Shown: piece after piece, positions 1 through 13,446 of the stretch
How positions within the stretch are numbered: position 1 is the first letter of the stretch
Layout: every line of letters begins with the position of its first letter
Assembly: GCA_964016885.1 (NCBI GenBank)
Contig: OZ024755.1
Span: 8,432,001-8,496,000, forward strand
Length of the DNA: 64,000 bases
Source of the DNA: Eledone cirrhosa
Lineage: Eukaryota
Reading direction: 5' to 3'
Made by a program: the position numbers and the translations under genes
Notes under the pieces: generated by a model
Told to the model about the DNA's origin: nothing
Database searches by the model: none
What the model saw: the letters and a program-made list of their open reading frames with translations, nothing else

Positions 1-59
1 GTAGCCCCCTCCCCAAATTATAAATAAATCTTGTTCATGAGATATTAACGAGGAGAAAG

Positions 60-91
<32 letters not shown>

Positions 92-117
92 ATACATTAA
101 TATATATAAATATATAT

Positions 118-177
<60 letters not shown>

Positions 178-742
178 GTGTGTGTGTGTGTATGTATTTA
201 TATGTACACAATCACACATATATACATAGACACACATATCTATAAACGTCTTGACAAATAAAGATCGATAAGATAAACACATAAGTCAGCCATATATTTG
301 AGATTGGTGTCGACATAATCATCTAATCCCTCGGAGGCGCTACACTCATGACGGAAACCAGTTCAAATGACACAAATCAGGAAAAGATACAAAAAAAAAT
401 CCTAGAACTTAAGCTTAAATGAAAATATATTTCTTTTGAGATGCCGCCATCATTTTATTCCGGATCAGATTAGTCTTCTGATATAAATTACTAGTCTCTT
501 TGCTTTTGTATACTTTAATTAATCCCACTCACGCGATTCTAATATTCCCAACTCTTTGATATGTTGATCGTAAGATAAGATATTGTCCTACAAAACATCG
601 TCTTTTAAACAGAGAGAAAAAAGGATACCTCACTCTAAATCCTTAACTGTACGATCATTACAGTTAAGATTGATATATTATGATTGACTGCCTTGTCATT
701 TTATCAGTCAGATGTTCTAATGATTCTATATATATATATATA

Positions 743-975
743 TTTATTAAAATAACAGATTAAAGTTTAAGCAAAGAATCGCTGCTTTCACCCTTAACGG
801 GATCTTCTAAAACTAACAAAGTCAATCTGTGAACGCAAAAGTGAATATTTCAAAAAACGTTGCAACCGGAAGAAAACAGGATGACGATACTTTGGCTCTA
901 CGGTTCTTATATATTTGAAATATATTTATCCTTATCGAGCCCTCTTTGGATTTTAGTCTTCAAATTTATTATTAT

Positions 976-978
<3 letters not shown>
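743..978 (-). mobile_element. (TA)n-inserted bipartite repeat, family A+B copy 1; probable Penelope-like pLTR remnant with hammerhead-like motif (764-814)
   Basis: Bounded by TA tracts on both sides. 743-~890 matches 6914-7083, 8193-8306, 22044-22115 and 34123-34293. ~890-978 matches the reverse complement of 8108-8190 and 21998-22045. Confidence 0.75.
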
Positions 979-1032
<54 letters not shown>

Positions 1033-1294
1033 AGCACCAATTATATTTATTGTGACGCTAATGGGATTCCACAATACAGTTTTAATCTACCAAACTACAC
1101 TCTCAAATCGTTGATATATTAATTGTTGTACTGTAACGCTGTTACGAAGATATATTCGACAAACTGGGAAAGTTGATAGAGCATCGAATTAAATGATTAG
1201 ATCTATATCTGGGTCCCCCCTCCCCTATTTTAAATAACACCGAGCCCAGCTTTTCCTTTCAATTATTTTAGAATCAATAAATATTAAAATTCCC

Positions 1295-1385
1295 TGAGGA
1301 TTGGCGCAATTGTTAAAGAATCAGATGGGCTGCATTGTGGTATTTGTTCTGGCTCTGTATGTTCCGATATCAAATCCTGCCTTCT
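1295..1385 (+). mobile_element. Degenerate tRNA-derived SINE 5' part
   Basis: GGATTGGCGCAATTGTTAAAG...GTTCCGATATCAAATCCTGCC resembles the A/B-box head of the SINE at 55169-55356. Confidence 0.45.
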
Positions 1386-2316
1386 TAGAAATGGTTTGTG
1401 GCTTGTTGATATGTTTTTGTGCCTGTTGTTTGGACTGCCACTATCATCTGGAAAATTGAGAGGGATGCATCTTGCCCGAGGAAGGTACCCTGTTAGTTGT
1501 ATTGACTGATGCTACAGGTGGCGCTAGCTATTTCCCCCCGGTTATGCCTTCGGTTTCCCAATGTCTGCAGAGCGTAGTCGAGATGAACCCTGAAGCTAAA
1601 GATGTAGAATTTGCAGCTTCTCTTCCTTCTTCCCATTGTTCCTTATATTAGTTATCCACCCCCTGCTTTTATTTTATTTTCTCTTTTTATGTTTATTTAA
1701 AAATTTTAAAAAAATTGGAATATTTTCATCATCGTGTTCAACATTAAACTTTATGGTTTCGCCACCGAAACATAAAACAACATCAATATATATCAGCAAA
1801 GACGAAACAAAACAGTTTCCATGGCTCAATATGACGATTAGCTTCGTTTGATTCTCGTACAGACCAGAAACGAGAATGACACTTAAAACACAAATAAAAT
1901 ATGAAATAAACCGTAAATTGGAAAAAGTTTAATTGGATGCGATCTTAATAGTTACATTCAAAGCTAAATTTAACATGCAATTAAAGAAAGCAAATGCGTT
2001 TAACAATAATTTTCCACAATTTTTAGACATTAAATATGGCGACATTTTCATTGAAATAGAAGATCTGCAACATTATAATCCCCTGGTCGTTTGTTATTAA
2101 TTCAAGAAGAACAAAGAAATATATTCTTGTGACATCAATACATATAATTAGACAGTATTTACAATGGAATTAATACAGCAATGGCTAAACATTACAAGAT
2201 AAAACATTAAGATAATACACATATTGTTTGAATTCAGAATCATTTGGAAAAATATAAAGTGCGTGCGTCCCGACGCAAATGACGCAACCACTTATAATGG
2301 GCGAGCGTTATTATGG

Positions 2317-2492
2317 ATTGGCAGTATCGGTAGAGAGTCAGACACCATGCTTTCCAGCATAGTTACGTCCCTTTACGATCTGAGTTCAAATCCCGCCGAG
2401 GTTGACTTTGCCTTTCATCCTTACGGGGTCGATAAAATAAAGTACCAGTAATGCACTGGGTAATTGCTGGCCTTGTGCCTAAAGTAGAAACA
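2317..2492 (+). mobile_element. tRNA-derived SINE (young family), slightly 5'-truncated
   Basis: A box TGGCAGTATCGG, B box AGTTCAAATCC, central GCCTTTCATCCTTACGGGGTCGATAAAAT, tail GTAGAAAC. TSD GTTATTATGG at 2307-2316 and 2493-2502. Confidence 0.9.
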
Positions 2493-2676
2493 GTTATTAT
2501 GGTCATTTGCATTGCGACACACATATGTAAGATGATGTAAATTCGTAATATCAATGAGGGGCAATATATTACGAATAATACATAACACATCTTTTTATAT
2601 ATTTATTCTAATATATCCAATAGTAGTTACATACACCGTCTTTTAAAGGCATATTCAAGAAAATATAGAGATTCAT

Positions 2677-2724
<48 letters not shown>

Positions 2725-2853
2725 TATATATGTATGCAGGCAAAACTAAACGCGCCTAGACCTGATAAATAAGGGGTGATAGCTACAAACCTGTACCACG
2801 GCTCCTATATACAATAATTGAATTAATAAAAATTAAATATTACATACAAATAG

Positions 2854-2912
2854 TCTAACATAATAATAAACAAAATAATCTAACATAATAATAATAAAAT
2901 AATCTAACATAA
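2854..2912 (+). repeat. ~24-bp tandem repeat, about 2.5 copies
   Basis: TCTAACATAA occurs three times at ~24-bp spacing. Confidence 0.7.
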
Positions 2913-3377
2913 CACGAACAATAATATGGACAAATATACAAGTAAATATGGTACAACCAATATTATAAGCATGTTATAACGAACCTAAAAAAAAATAGTT
3001 AATATAAATTTAAAAAAATCATATATAAATTAACAATATAACTTACCAAAACGAGAAAAATATTTTGATGATAAACGATGAAATACAGAAGGAAGATTTG
3101 AAAGCGAAACGATAAATAAATGTGCAGACAAAATGGCGGATGCTTTTGAGCAACAATTACTCTCGGTGGTTGATTAGCCAATAAGACGATGAAATTAGCC
3201 AATAAGACGATACATTACAAAACATGTTTGGCAGCGATCATCACCACGGCCAGCGACACCCCTTGAATTTTGTATTCACAAGCTACGCATATATATCAGA
3301 CACGCAGACTTAAAACATTCTGTTGTTAGTCGCTGCGTGTCTAAAAGATATATGTAAGTATATGTATTCATATACAA

Positions 3378-3458
<81 letters not shown>

Positions 3459-4078
3459 TGTGTGTGTGTGTATATATATATGTGCGTATGTATGTTTATG
3501 ACTGCATGTATGTACACAAATAGTACCTGACGGTTCAACGGAAAAAAATGTATATTCGTTTTTCAAATATACATTTTACTTGAAAATGAATTGAAAAAAA
3601 CAAAACAATGTATTTGTTTACTTGTTTACGCAGTTCAGTGTATTCTAGTGTCGTTTCCATTGTAGATTACTGGGTGAGCTATTCTTTGCAATGAATGGTG
3701 CGATGTCTGTTAAAGAATGTACAGATACATGAGTACCAACAACTCGTGATGACAGTAAAATATTATTACACGGAGAATGACATGGAGCATTCTTCTATTG
3801 AAATATCAGTTCACACATTTTATTTTGCTATGTTGTTTTATTTCATATCCATATGTAACAGAAGTATATTTCTCTATATATAAGCGAATACAGCGGATCG
3901 ATATGTAAGGTTCATTCGCACCCAACACTCATATATATGCATGTACCTTTTATATAGATATATATGTGTGTGCGTGTGTGTGTGAGTGTGTCTTTGTGTG
4001 TGTATATACGTATAAAGATATTATATATATATATATATATGCGTAGGTAACTCGTATGTGTGAATATTTATAAATAAA

Positions 4079-4122
<44 letters not shown>

Positions 4123-4419
4123 ATATATGTATGTATGTATGCATAGTTATGTATGTACCTACACATATACAGAATCACCTGCATAATACTATACGACAGA
4201 TCATTTTATATACATTGTAGAATATCACCTTGACACTAAAACTAAGGTAATATTTTATTCAGCTCTAGCTTTGCCAGGAATTACACGGTCCAGTAACTTT
4301 AAAGGAAGCTACTCAAGTGGATCCTGACTCACGTGTTCAACGAATTCCTTGGACATTAATGTGTACAACTGGCAAATTATTGATGCACCTATCTTATCAC
4401 CTATACATTTATATCAATG

Positions 4420-4705
4420 GACCTCCATCGGTTTCGACGATGAGTTTTCCAGTTGCCGTATCAGAGGGATAACTTGTTTATGAAACTAACGTGTATATAG
4501 ATGAGAATTATAGAAACATGTGCATCATGACGGCAGACTATGGGAGACTCAACGAGACACAATGTGTGACAATATTGGTCTATAGAATTACCGGTGTAGT
4601 TCATCCGATGGGATTCAAAACAGTTTCCTCTCTATCTAATTTCACTTACAAGTCTTAGATCGATCCTAGGCTATGATAAATAACGCCCAAAATGCCCCGT
4701 GTTGA
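4420..4705 (-). mobile_element. Old degenerate SINE
   Basis: 4420-4606 is a diverged reverse complement of the 3' half of 53205-53530. 4620-4705 resembles the reverse complement of the body of 6590-6745. Confidence 0.55.
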
Positions 4706-4863
4706 AGAATAGACACCTAAGTCCTTGTCTACGGATCCCTGAGTAAATTCTGTTTAAATCCCTACCTCCTAACCTATTCAACAATCTCTTCCCCTCTCTC
4801 GTATAAATTATACACCCGTACCACTGAGACAAAATGCAAAAGCGGATACCATATATGACTATA

Positions 4864-6276
4864 TCGTCGTCATTTACATCATCACCGTCGTCGCCGTCGT
4901 CATCGTCATCGTCATCGTCATCGTCGTCGTCGTCATCGTCATCGTCGTCGTCTCGTCATCGTCATCATCACCACCACCACTACCATCATTGTCATCATCA
5001 TCATTACCATCATTATAGTCGTCCTCGTCGTCGACATCATCACCACTGCCATCATCATCATCATCACCACTACCATCATCATGACCATATTTACCACTAC
5101 CCCCAACAGCATCACCGTCACCATTACCATCATCATTACCACCATTTACAGGCGTCCTCGTCGTCATCATCGTCACCATCGCTACCATCATCATCATCAT
5201 CAACACTACCACCATTATCATGATCATCACCACCACCACTACCACCATCACCACTACCACCACCACCACCACTACCACCATCACCACCATCATGATCATA
5301 TTCACCACTACCACCACCATCAACACCATCACCACTACCACCACCATCAACACCACCACCACTACCACCACCACCACTACCACCATTACCACTGCCACCA
5401 TCATCATCATATTCACCACTACCACCACCATCAACACCATCACCACTACCACCACCATCAACACCATCACCACTACCACCACCACCACTACCACCATTAC
5501 CACTGCCACCATCATCATCATATTTACCACTACCACCACCATCAACACCATCACCACTACCACCATCATATTTACCACTACCACCACCATCAACACCATC
5601 ACCACTACCACCACCATCAACACCATCACCACTACCACCATCACCACTACCACCATCACCACTACCACCATCATCATCATATTCACCACTACCACCACCA
5701 TCAACACCTTCACCACTACCACCACCATCAACACCATCACCACTACCACCACCATCAACACCATCACCACTACCACCACCACCATCAACAACTTCACCAC
5801 TACCACCATCATCATCATATTCACCACTACCACCACCATCAACACCATCACCACTACCACCATCATGATCATATTCACCACTACCACCACCATCAACACC
5901 ATCACCACTACCACCACCATCAACACCATCACCACTACCACCATCACCACTACCACCATTACCACTGCCACCATCATCATCATATTCACCACTACCACCA
6001 CCATCAACACCATCACCACTACCACCATCATCATCATATTTACCACTACCACCACCATCAACACCATCACCACTACCACCATCATCATCATATTCACCAC
6101 TACCACCACCATCAACACCATCACCACTACCACCATCATCATCATATTCACCACTACCACCACCATCAACACCATCACCACTACCACCATCACCACTACC
6201 ACCATTACCACTGCCACCATCATCATCATATTTACCACTACCACCACCATCAACACCATCACCACTACCACCATTA
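4864..6276. repeat. Compound triplet microsatellite/minisatellite (CAT/CGT grading into CAC/TAC/CAT/CAA higher-order units)
   Basis: Direct reading, e.g. recurring 27-bp CACCACTACCACCACCATCAACACCAT. Accounts for the poly-H/T/V/G ORFs. Confidence 0.95.
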
Positions 6277-6589
6277 TGGTCAGCAGTAACGGAAACCATT
6301 ATAGTAAGTTATATCGATGTGTTGTCATATTTTTACCATGATGGATATATTTAATTGGTAACACAACGTCAAAATGTTCAAAGAATTGCATGTAGTACTT
6401 TCATTTATCATCGTTAGATAACATGATTAAATTCAATGTGCAGTTGTTGAGAACAAATAAAAAGAAAAATATAAAAAATAATAATTGGATTTAAACTCAA
6501 ATTGAACCACATGACATAACTAGAAATATCTTCATTTGTGTGGCGTGTGGTTTGTGTTCAGATCTAATTTTGCTTTCATGTGCGCAGTT

Positions 6590-6745
6590 ATTGGTGAGTG
6601 GTTAAGAAGCTCATTTAGTAAGTATTTGGGTTTGGGTTTGGGTTCCATTCTACAGCGAGTCGTCTGGGCTATTTGGATGTTATAATCTTGGGTTGACCAA
6701 AAGCGTTATGACTGAAACTCGGGGGAGGGAGACTGTGGAGAAGTA
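6590..6745 (+). mobile_element. Old degenerate tRNA-derived SINE (second family)
   Basis: GAGTGGTTAAGAAGCT head ...GGGTTCCATTC... GGTTGACCAAAAGCGTTATGA. Related copies at 27352, 48570, 35447(-) and 54973(-). Confidence 0.55.
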
Positions 6746-6913
6746 TACATATCAAGGGCGGTGTCCCATCATGGCCTCTCCATGAAACACCTAATAGAAT
6801 ATTAGTCTACGACTTCATTTATACCATAAACGTGGTTTTGTCTTCGCGTGTAATTGTTTTCACTGCACCAAATAATGACGTATTATATTGGTTTTTTTTC
6901 CGTTCTTTGCCAA

Positions 6914-7083
6914 GGAACGTTTCCACGAACCGAAGAATCGTCTACCTCTCTTCCTCCGGTTGCAACGTATTTTGAAATATTTACTTCTGCGTTCACAGAT
7001 TGACTTTTTTTAGTTTCAGAAGATCCCGTTAAGGTTGAAAGCAGCGATTCTTTGCTTAAACTTTAATCTGTTATTTTAATAAA
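6914..7083 (+). mobile_element. Family A copy 2 (hammerhead-like motif 7012-7062, AATAAA, ends in TA tract)
   Basis: Highly similar to the reverse complement of 743-890 and 34123-34293. Confidence 0.8.
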
Positions 7084-7174
7084 TATATATATATATATAT
7101 ATGTGTGTGTGGGTGTGTGTCTCTGTGTGTGTATGCATCTCTCTCTCTGTTTATCTCTCTCTCTCTCTCTCGCC

Positions 7175-7205
<31 letters not shown>

Positions 7206-8064
7206 AACATGTGTGTTTGTGTATACATGTGAGTGTGTTAGTGTGTGTACGTGGCCTCGTTTGTAAGTATTTTACTGTTTATTGATGTCCCTTAACGAAG
7301 CAATATAACACAAATGATAACTAAAGTATGTACCACAGATTTATCAGATTATCTTTGGGTTCCATATGATTGTCTAAATTCCCGTAACGATGTGCTCCAG
7401 CGTGGTCTTAGTCTGATGCCTGAAATATGTAAAACATAAAAAAATAAACGTATCTGTAGCTACTCTGTTTAACCACGAACCATTTAATGAACGCATTGGA
7501 GAAAATGTCACAGTCACATATCCGTGGAATACGCAGTTTGAAGAATTTTGCTTTCGTCAATTAACATTTTGATTACAGAGTTTTTAATCATTACCGTCAG
7601 AATGTCTACCAATTTCCCCTAATTGGAGTTTTAGTTAAATCTGAATATTAACGTTTCGTTTCTCATTGAAAGGAAAAGATGTAATGAAATATATAATGAA
7701 TTAATTTTTTCTGTAAAATGAAATTTAGAGAGAACAGATGCTAATGTTGATGAGTACGTTGTCTTGATTATTGATTTCGCTGTTAATTTCATGTGTATTT
7801 TTGACATTTTGCCTTCTAGAATTATGTATTCTGCCATTTATATTGGTCAAAGTATTTAATAGCATGTGTGTGATAAAGTGCATAACTAAGATGTTATGAT
7901 ATAAAAAAATCAATTATTTTTATATTAAAAGCAAACGTTGCACTCAGGCGCATTTCATACTACCCTCCACATATACATAAATGTTAATCTGTAAGCAAAC
8001 AAGTATGCATGTATATATATATATATATGTGTGTGTATGTGTGCGCGTGTGCGTGCGCGTGTGC

Positions 8065-8102
<38 letters not shown>

Positions 8103-8107
8103 GTATA

Positions 8108-8306
8108 GTAATAATAATTACGAAACCCAAAATCTAAAAAGTGCTCGATAAGGATGAATATATCTCAAATATATAAGAACCATAGAGCAAATATTTATTA
8201 AAATAACAGATGAAAGTATAAGCAAAGAATCGCTGCTTTCACCCCTAACGTTAAGGATGAAAGCAGCCATTCTTTACTTAAACTTTAATCTGTTATTTTA
8301 ATAAAT
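8108..8306. mobile_element. Family B segment followed by a family A palindrome (8193-8306)
   Basis: 8108-8190 is segment B. 8193-8249 and 8250-8306 are imperfect inverted copies of the family A 3' end, centred on TAAC|GTTA. Confidence 0.8.
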
Positions 8307-10765
8307 AAATAAATAAATATAACATGAGAATCAACGTCTTCAATGGTAGTGGTCTAGAAAGTTCAGTTTCTTTCCCTTCCTCCGTCTTTCTCTCTCTCTC
8401 TCTCTCTTACTATTACCCATGGCTATTTACTTGTATTTCATTTAATGTTTGATCAAATATCACAGAAATATTTAAAATGAAACAACTGACTTTGAGACAA
8501 CAACAAATATTGCGTGGCATGTCATGGTATCTAGTTAACCGCTCTCTAACATTTAATCTTACGGCAGATTAAAACAAGACGATATTTATAATGAAACATT
8601 TAATTCATCTCCTTTATCAACAATATATCGAATCTCAGTCTTTTTAGGCATGAATAGTAAACGCTAGGTTAGATTAATTATGGCGGCTATTTATCTCCCA
8701 TAATTTGAGTTAATGTGTTAACATATAACGATAGCGCCGCGCCATCTCATTGGAATTAATTAATTCATATAGTGTGATATGTTTCTTCAGAGAAGCTAAG
8801 GAATTATAACATGGTAGATAGGACACAGGTATCATCGAAATATGAAATGAGACTTCGTAGAATTGGGTTCGTTGAAAGAAATTTTTGATACTGAGACAAG
8901 ATAAAAACTTGGTTTCCATTCACGGTAGTTGGAAATACGCTTTAGTTATCCCATTGATAGATTTCACACAATATATCTCTCGCTAAAATGTAAGAAAACG
9001 TACACGCGCGCGCGCACGCACGCACGCACGCCCGCACGCACGCACGCCCGCACGCACTCGCACACACACACATGTATATATATATATAATATGTATATAA
9101 TAAATATATATATATAAAATATGTATATAATATATATATAATATGTGTATATAGTAAATATATATATATAATATATGTATATAATATATATATACACGTG
9201 TGTGTGTGTGTGTGTGTGTAAATAAGCACATAGGAGCGTAAATCTGAACGTAGATACAACATGACAAAACTCAAATTAACCACCGAATGTTCCTTTAGGT
9301 AAATAATACACTAAAAAAAAACCCCAACATTAAACAAAACATCCAGTGGGTAAGACGATCGAATGCCAAGCTCGTACCTATTACACTCATTAAAAACGTA
9401 AATTAGAAACTAAATATTCATACTTGATATATATATATATATAGATATGGTGAGGAATTTGTAGGTAGGAACATTAACAAATACTACACCCAGCATGTGT
9501 GTACGTACTCGTTCATCTGTATATGTGTGAGTGCATTTATATGTATTTACGTTTTAGTGAGCGTGTATGAGAATTCACATCTTTCATGCGTACAAACTTC
9601 AAGGAAATGCAGTTAAATATATATATACGAATTTGAAAAGAACATTTTTCATATATAAATTTGTTTTCAATTGAATATTGGCTTCATTTAACTGATATCG
9701 TTCCAAATTATATTGCATAGGGAAGCTGGCATCTGAGACTTTCGTTTATCAATAGTATGGAGATTATATTTGAAATTCCCACAAAACGTATCCAAAAATC
9801 ATGCGCAAGTTAGTGCTTAATATATTTAAGATTATTTCATGTTTTTTACATATAAACATGTTTTGCAACAGCGACTTAGTTTTCTGTATGTAGTTATAGC
9901 CAAGTTTCCATAATATGTATTCTCTGCTTCTTCTTAATATTACCAACTACTCTCTTTGAAAGAAAAAAAACTGGATTGTCAGGGTTTGGCTGCTATTTGA
10001 ACATAAATCTGCTTGTTAAAATATGAACGTTCACTTCATGAATTAATATGTAAATGATGAGTATTCTGGGGACACGTACTATTAAAATAATTCCGAAACC
10101 GAATCAGTATTACAATATGTAACAAAGTTATGCTTTTGAATTATACGTTCAATCAATTCCACCGCCATCTATATAATTTCAGTACAATCTAATGCCACTT
10201 AAAATAATTGAGTTAACCGGATGCTATGTTAAAGATATATCTTGAGTGTGGAATGCATTGGGATCGAACGCTTCTCCTAATAATTGCGAAGGGAAATTAT
10301 TTATCATTAACTCCTGTCCCTCTGCTTTTAAAGGTCGCAGACATAATTAATTTTCCATTCCTTTACCTCAAGATACGAAGGCATTAGTCATCATCTAATG
10401 AGATATCTAGATGTCTATTTAACTGTCTCTTTGCAGCTGTCCTGCTTACCTGCTTCAAATAGATACAGTGTTTCAGTAAATAAGCCTCCAACTGTTTCAA
10501 CACTATATGTTCCATTTGTTCATTCAACGGACTAGTTTACTCACGATATCCGTGCTTTGGTGATTCAGTTTTCCCCAGACATGTTAACACTTAACATAAT
10601 TATTAGGAAGATTCAGTGTGTGACAAGTCTAACTCTTTGAATTATTGTTATAATCAATTTTCGGCTTTCCATATAGACACCGTATATGCAAATTTACTCT
10701 CTAGGTTTGCATGTATCAGAGGCTGTAGTAAGATACTTTTCGTCGCGTGCAATGTCTTGCTAATA

Positions 10766-10947
10766 TCTTCTTCTTCTTCTTCTTCTTCTTCTGCTTCTTC
10801 TTCTTCGGCTGAGTTTACACTCGCAAAGATTCAGCACGCTTTCTCCAAACGTCCCGGTCGAGCATGACCTTTCTCAGTTCATCGATGTTATCAATGTTGG
10901 CATCTCTCAGCAGAGTATCAATCAATGAGACGGCCTGTCTTTCCCAG
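10766..10947 (-). mobile_element. 5'-truncated RTE-type LINE 3' end with (GAA)n tail
   Basis: Minus strand reads RQAVSLIDTLLRDANIDNIDELRKVMLDRDVWRKRAESLRV* (stop 10815-10817), typical of the RTE-clade ORF C-terminus (GRP..T.ID.L..D....EL...M.DR..WR). It is followed by a very short 3' UTR and (GAA)n. Confidence 0.8.
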
Positions 10948-11569
10948 CTGTTTATTATGTTTCAAGATAATCAGACACGATATATGAGCCGTGGATTCCA
11001 TGTAGTCGTATCGAATACGAATCACATGGTTACGGATCACAAGCTTACATCTTAACTATGAGACTATGCTATGCTCATTCATTTACTCATTAACTTCTAG
11101 ATGGACATGTGAAATATTTGTTCACTGAGCCATTTACTGTTTATTAATTGGGTTAACATATCGGTTTTATTATCGCAGCAGGAAGGAATTGGCAACTCAT
11201 GTCACTGTTATCATTTCCAGTATGTACTCATAATTATCCTTTTCTTTGATAAACGATATTTTAATCAACTAATTAACTGTTGAATTAATTAACAATGGAT
11301 TTCATAATCAATTAATAATTAATTCTTATTTAAGATATCTCATAACCAACTCATTTCATTTCACAAGCAACTCACGTAACCTTAATCCGAAACTTAACTA
11401 CCGATACATCTAACCAAAATTAATATCGAATGTATATCATTATACGTATATTAATTATAACTAACCTATTCATAACCCTCAGCTTACTGTAAATTAATGT
11501 AATCTTTACATTAAATTTTATTTCATACAGAGTTGTACGATACAATCTAATGTGTAAACTAGAATTATG

Positions 11570-11700
11570 TAGGTGGTGAAGTGTCAGAGAAGTTAGAGTG
11601 TCGGTTTAAATAACTTGGGATGTGTTCAAATCTCAACACAATCAACTTCATTTTTCATCTTTTTGGGATCGAGAAATAAAGTATTAGTTATGTACTAGTG
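11570..11700 (+). mobile_element. Degenerate SINE
   Basis: AGGTGGTGAAGTGTCAGAGAAGTTAGAG...GTTCAAATCT...TTTTCATCTTTTTGGGATCGAGAAATAAAGTA aligns by eye with 55169-55320. Confidence 0.6.
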
Positions 11701-11874
11701 ATGATAAATTTTGCAGTCCACTTTTTAAATTATCAAATATTCACTTGATACATGGTGGAGAAGCAAGATCACCATAAACTGGCTGAGTCCATCCCACTCC
11801 AGGTCGCAACAAAAAAAAAAGAGATAGTAAAGGAGCAACAGGCTGTGAGGAATCAATTCCACTAAGGACCATAT

Positions 11875-12010
11875 ACTTCATTTATCGACCTCTGTATGGT
11901 GGTGAGAAGCGAAGTTACTTTCACTGGGAATTGTATTCAGAATGCAGAGAGCCGGAAAAACACAGCAACTCATTCTAACCGATAGTCAAACGAAACTGCC
12001 ATTTCATCGC
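11875..12010 (-). mobile_element. Degenerate SINE
   Basis: TTTATCGACCTC...GGGAATTGTATTCAGAATGCAGAGAGCCGG...AAACTGCCATTTCATCGC is a reverse-complement SINE body and head. Confidence 0.55.
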
Positions 12011-13142
12011 ATTAATTATTAATTCAGTAAGTAATTAAAATATTAATTAGTTCATCTATGATTTCTCCAAACGATTGGGCTCTTTTTAATGAAGTCTTTC
12101 CATTTAAACTTTCTTCCTCTTTTTATCTGATATTTATATTTAAGTATATTCATGTGCTGTTTTGATCCAGCGCATTGATTCACATTGAAATCTGTCTATA
12201 ATCTTTACAGCCCTTTAAATATAATTGACAGCACCGCTTCAGAGCACAACTATTAATTTGTTAATAATTATTAATTAATAATTATATTAAATCAATTATA
12301 AGTTAGAGTGTCAAGAATGTAGTACAAAAGGTGTCAGATTTTGTTGGAAGTAAATAAAATTCAGAAGACGAAATAATTACGATGTTATATGTGTGCGGGC
12401 GAGCGTATGTGTGTGTGTATAGAGACATAGATATATAGATTAATATATCTGTTAATTATCTTAACCTGAACGGAATGGGAACTACGCCAAACCAACGCTG
12501 TCTAAGAATTGAAGGTAACGCAAACACTAAGCCTCCACCCGAACGTATTCGCCGGCTACATAACATACACTAAACATAGAGTACAGCTAATCACTCCTAA
12601 GCAATTATTGTTGCCTCAGATGATCTGCGACAAAAATAATACCTATATCGCGGACCATCTCTGAATCAATTGTTTTTTCTATATTTTCTTTGTATTTGCC
12701 GTAATTCCTTTATTGATTAGCTAAATATACAATCCGAATCTGATGATGTCACCAAGAGCTTACGCAAGCAAGCCATTTAAATATATATGGTGTTTTGGGA
12801 ACGATAAAACGCTAAAGGAGCATAACCAATCTGGCCTACTGTTGTTTCAATTAAACTAATATTTAACTCCGTTCCTGACCCAACCACAGGATTCAACATC
12901 AAAGATGGATCATTTGCATAACGTAGAGTGCTTTTCTACTATTTCGTCAATGTTAACTTAACTAAACAGAATGACCAGTTCTATCCAGTGGGGAACAACT
13001 GAACCTAAATGAATATATATATATATATATAACGATCATACTACAATCGGATTTCTCTCTCTCTCCCTCTCTTTCTCTACACCTCCCCCCCTCTCTTTCT
13101 CTCTCCCTCCCTCCCCCCTCTCTCTCTCTCTATATATATATA

Positions 13143-13253
13143 TAAACAAATAGTAGAAAGGAAAAAGATTCTTTCAGTAGAAAATGTTGAAGAGATCTCA
13201 AAACATTAATTTATTTACAATACCGGTTTCACATGATATGTATTATCAATTGT
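13143..13253 (-). mobile_element. TA-anchored short insert with degenerate minimal type I hammerhead (13217-13253)
   Basis: Minus strand: ACAA TTGATAA T ACAT ATC ATGT GAAACCGGTA TTGT AAATAAA ... then TA tract. Confidence 0.55.
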
Positions 13254-13406
13254 GGATATGCAGAATATAGTACAAATAGTAATAATAATAATAATAAAAA
13301 TAAAAAGGGGAAGAAAAATGAATTTTCCCATACATGTTCATTCAGAGAAGAGAGTTCATTTCTCTGTCCATCCTTCTCTGCTTATAGCTTGGTTATATAT
13401 ATATAC

Positions 13407-13446
<40 letters not shown>

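Noticed and set aside
2317-2400. tRNA gene (A and B boxes)
   Set aside because: No cloverleaf; it is the head of a multi-copy SINE with TSDs.
9764-9946. 60-aa minus-strand ORF with faint RT-like phrase (REYILWKLG...LLQNMF)
   Set aside because: Too short and weak to call.
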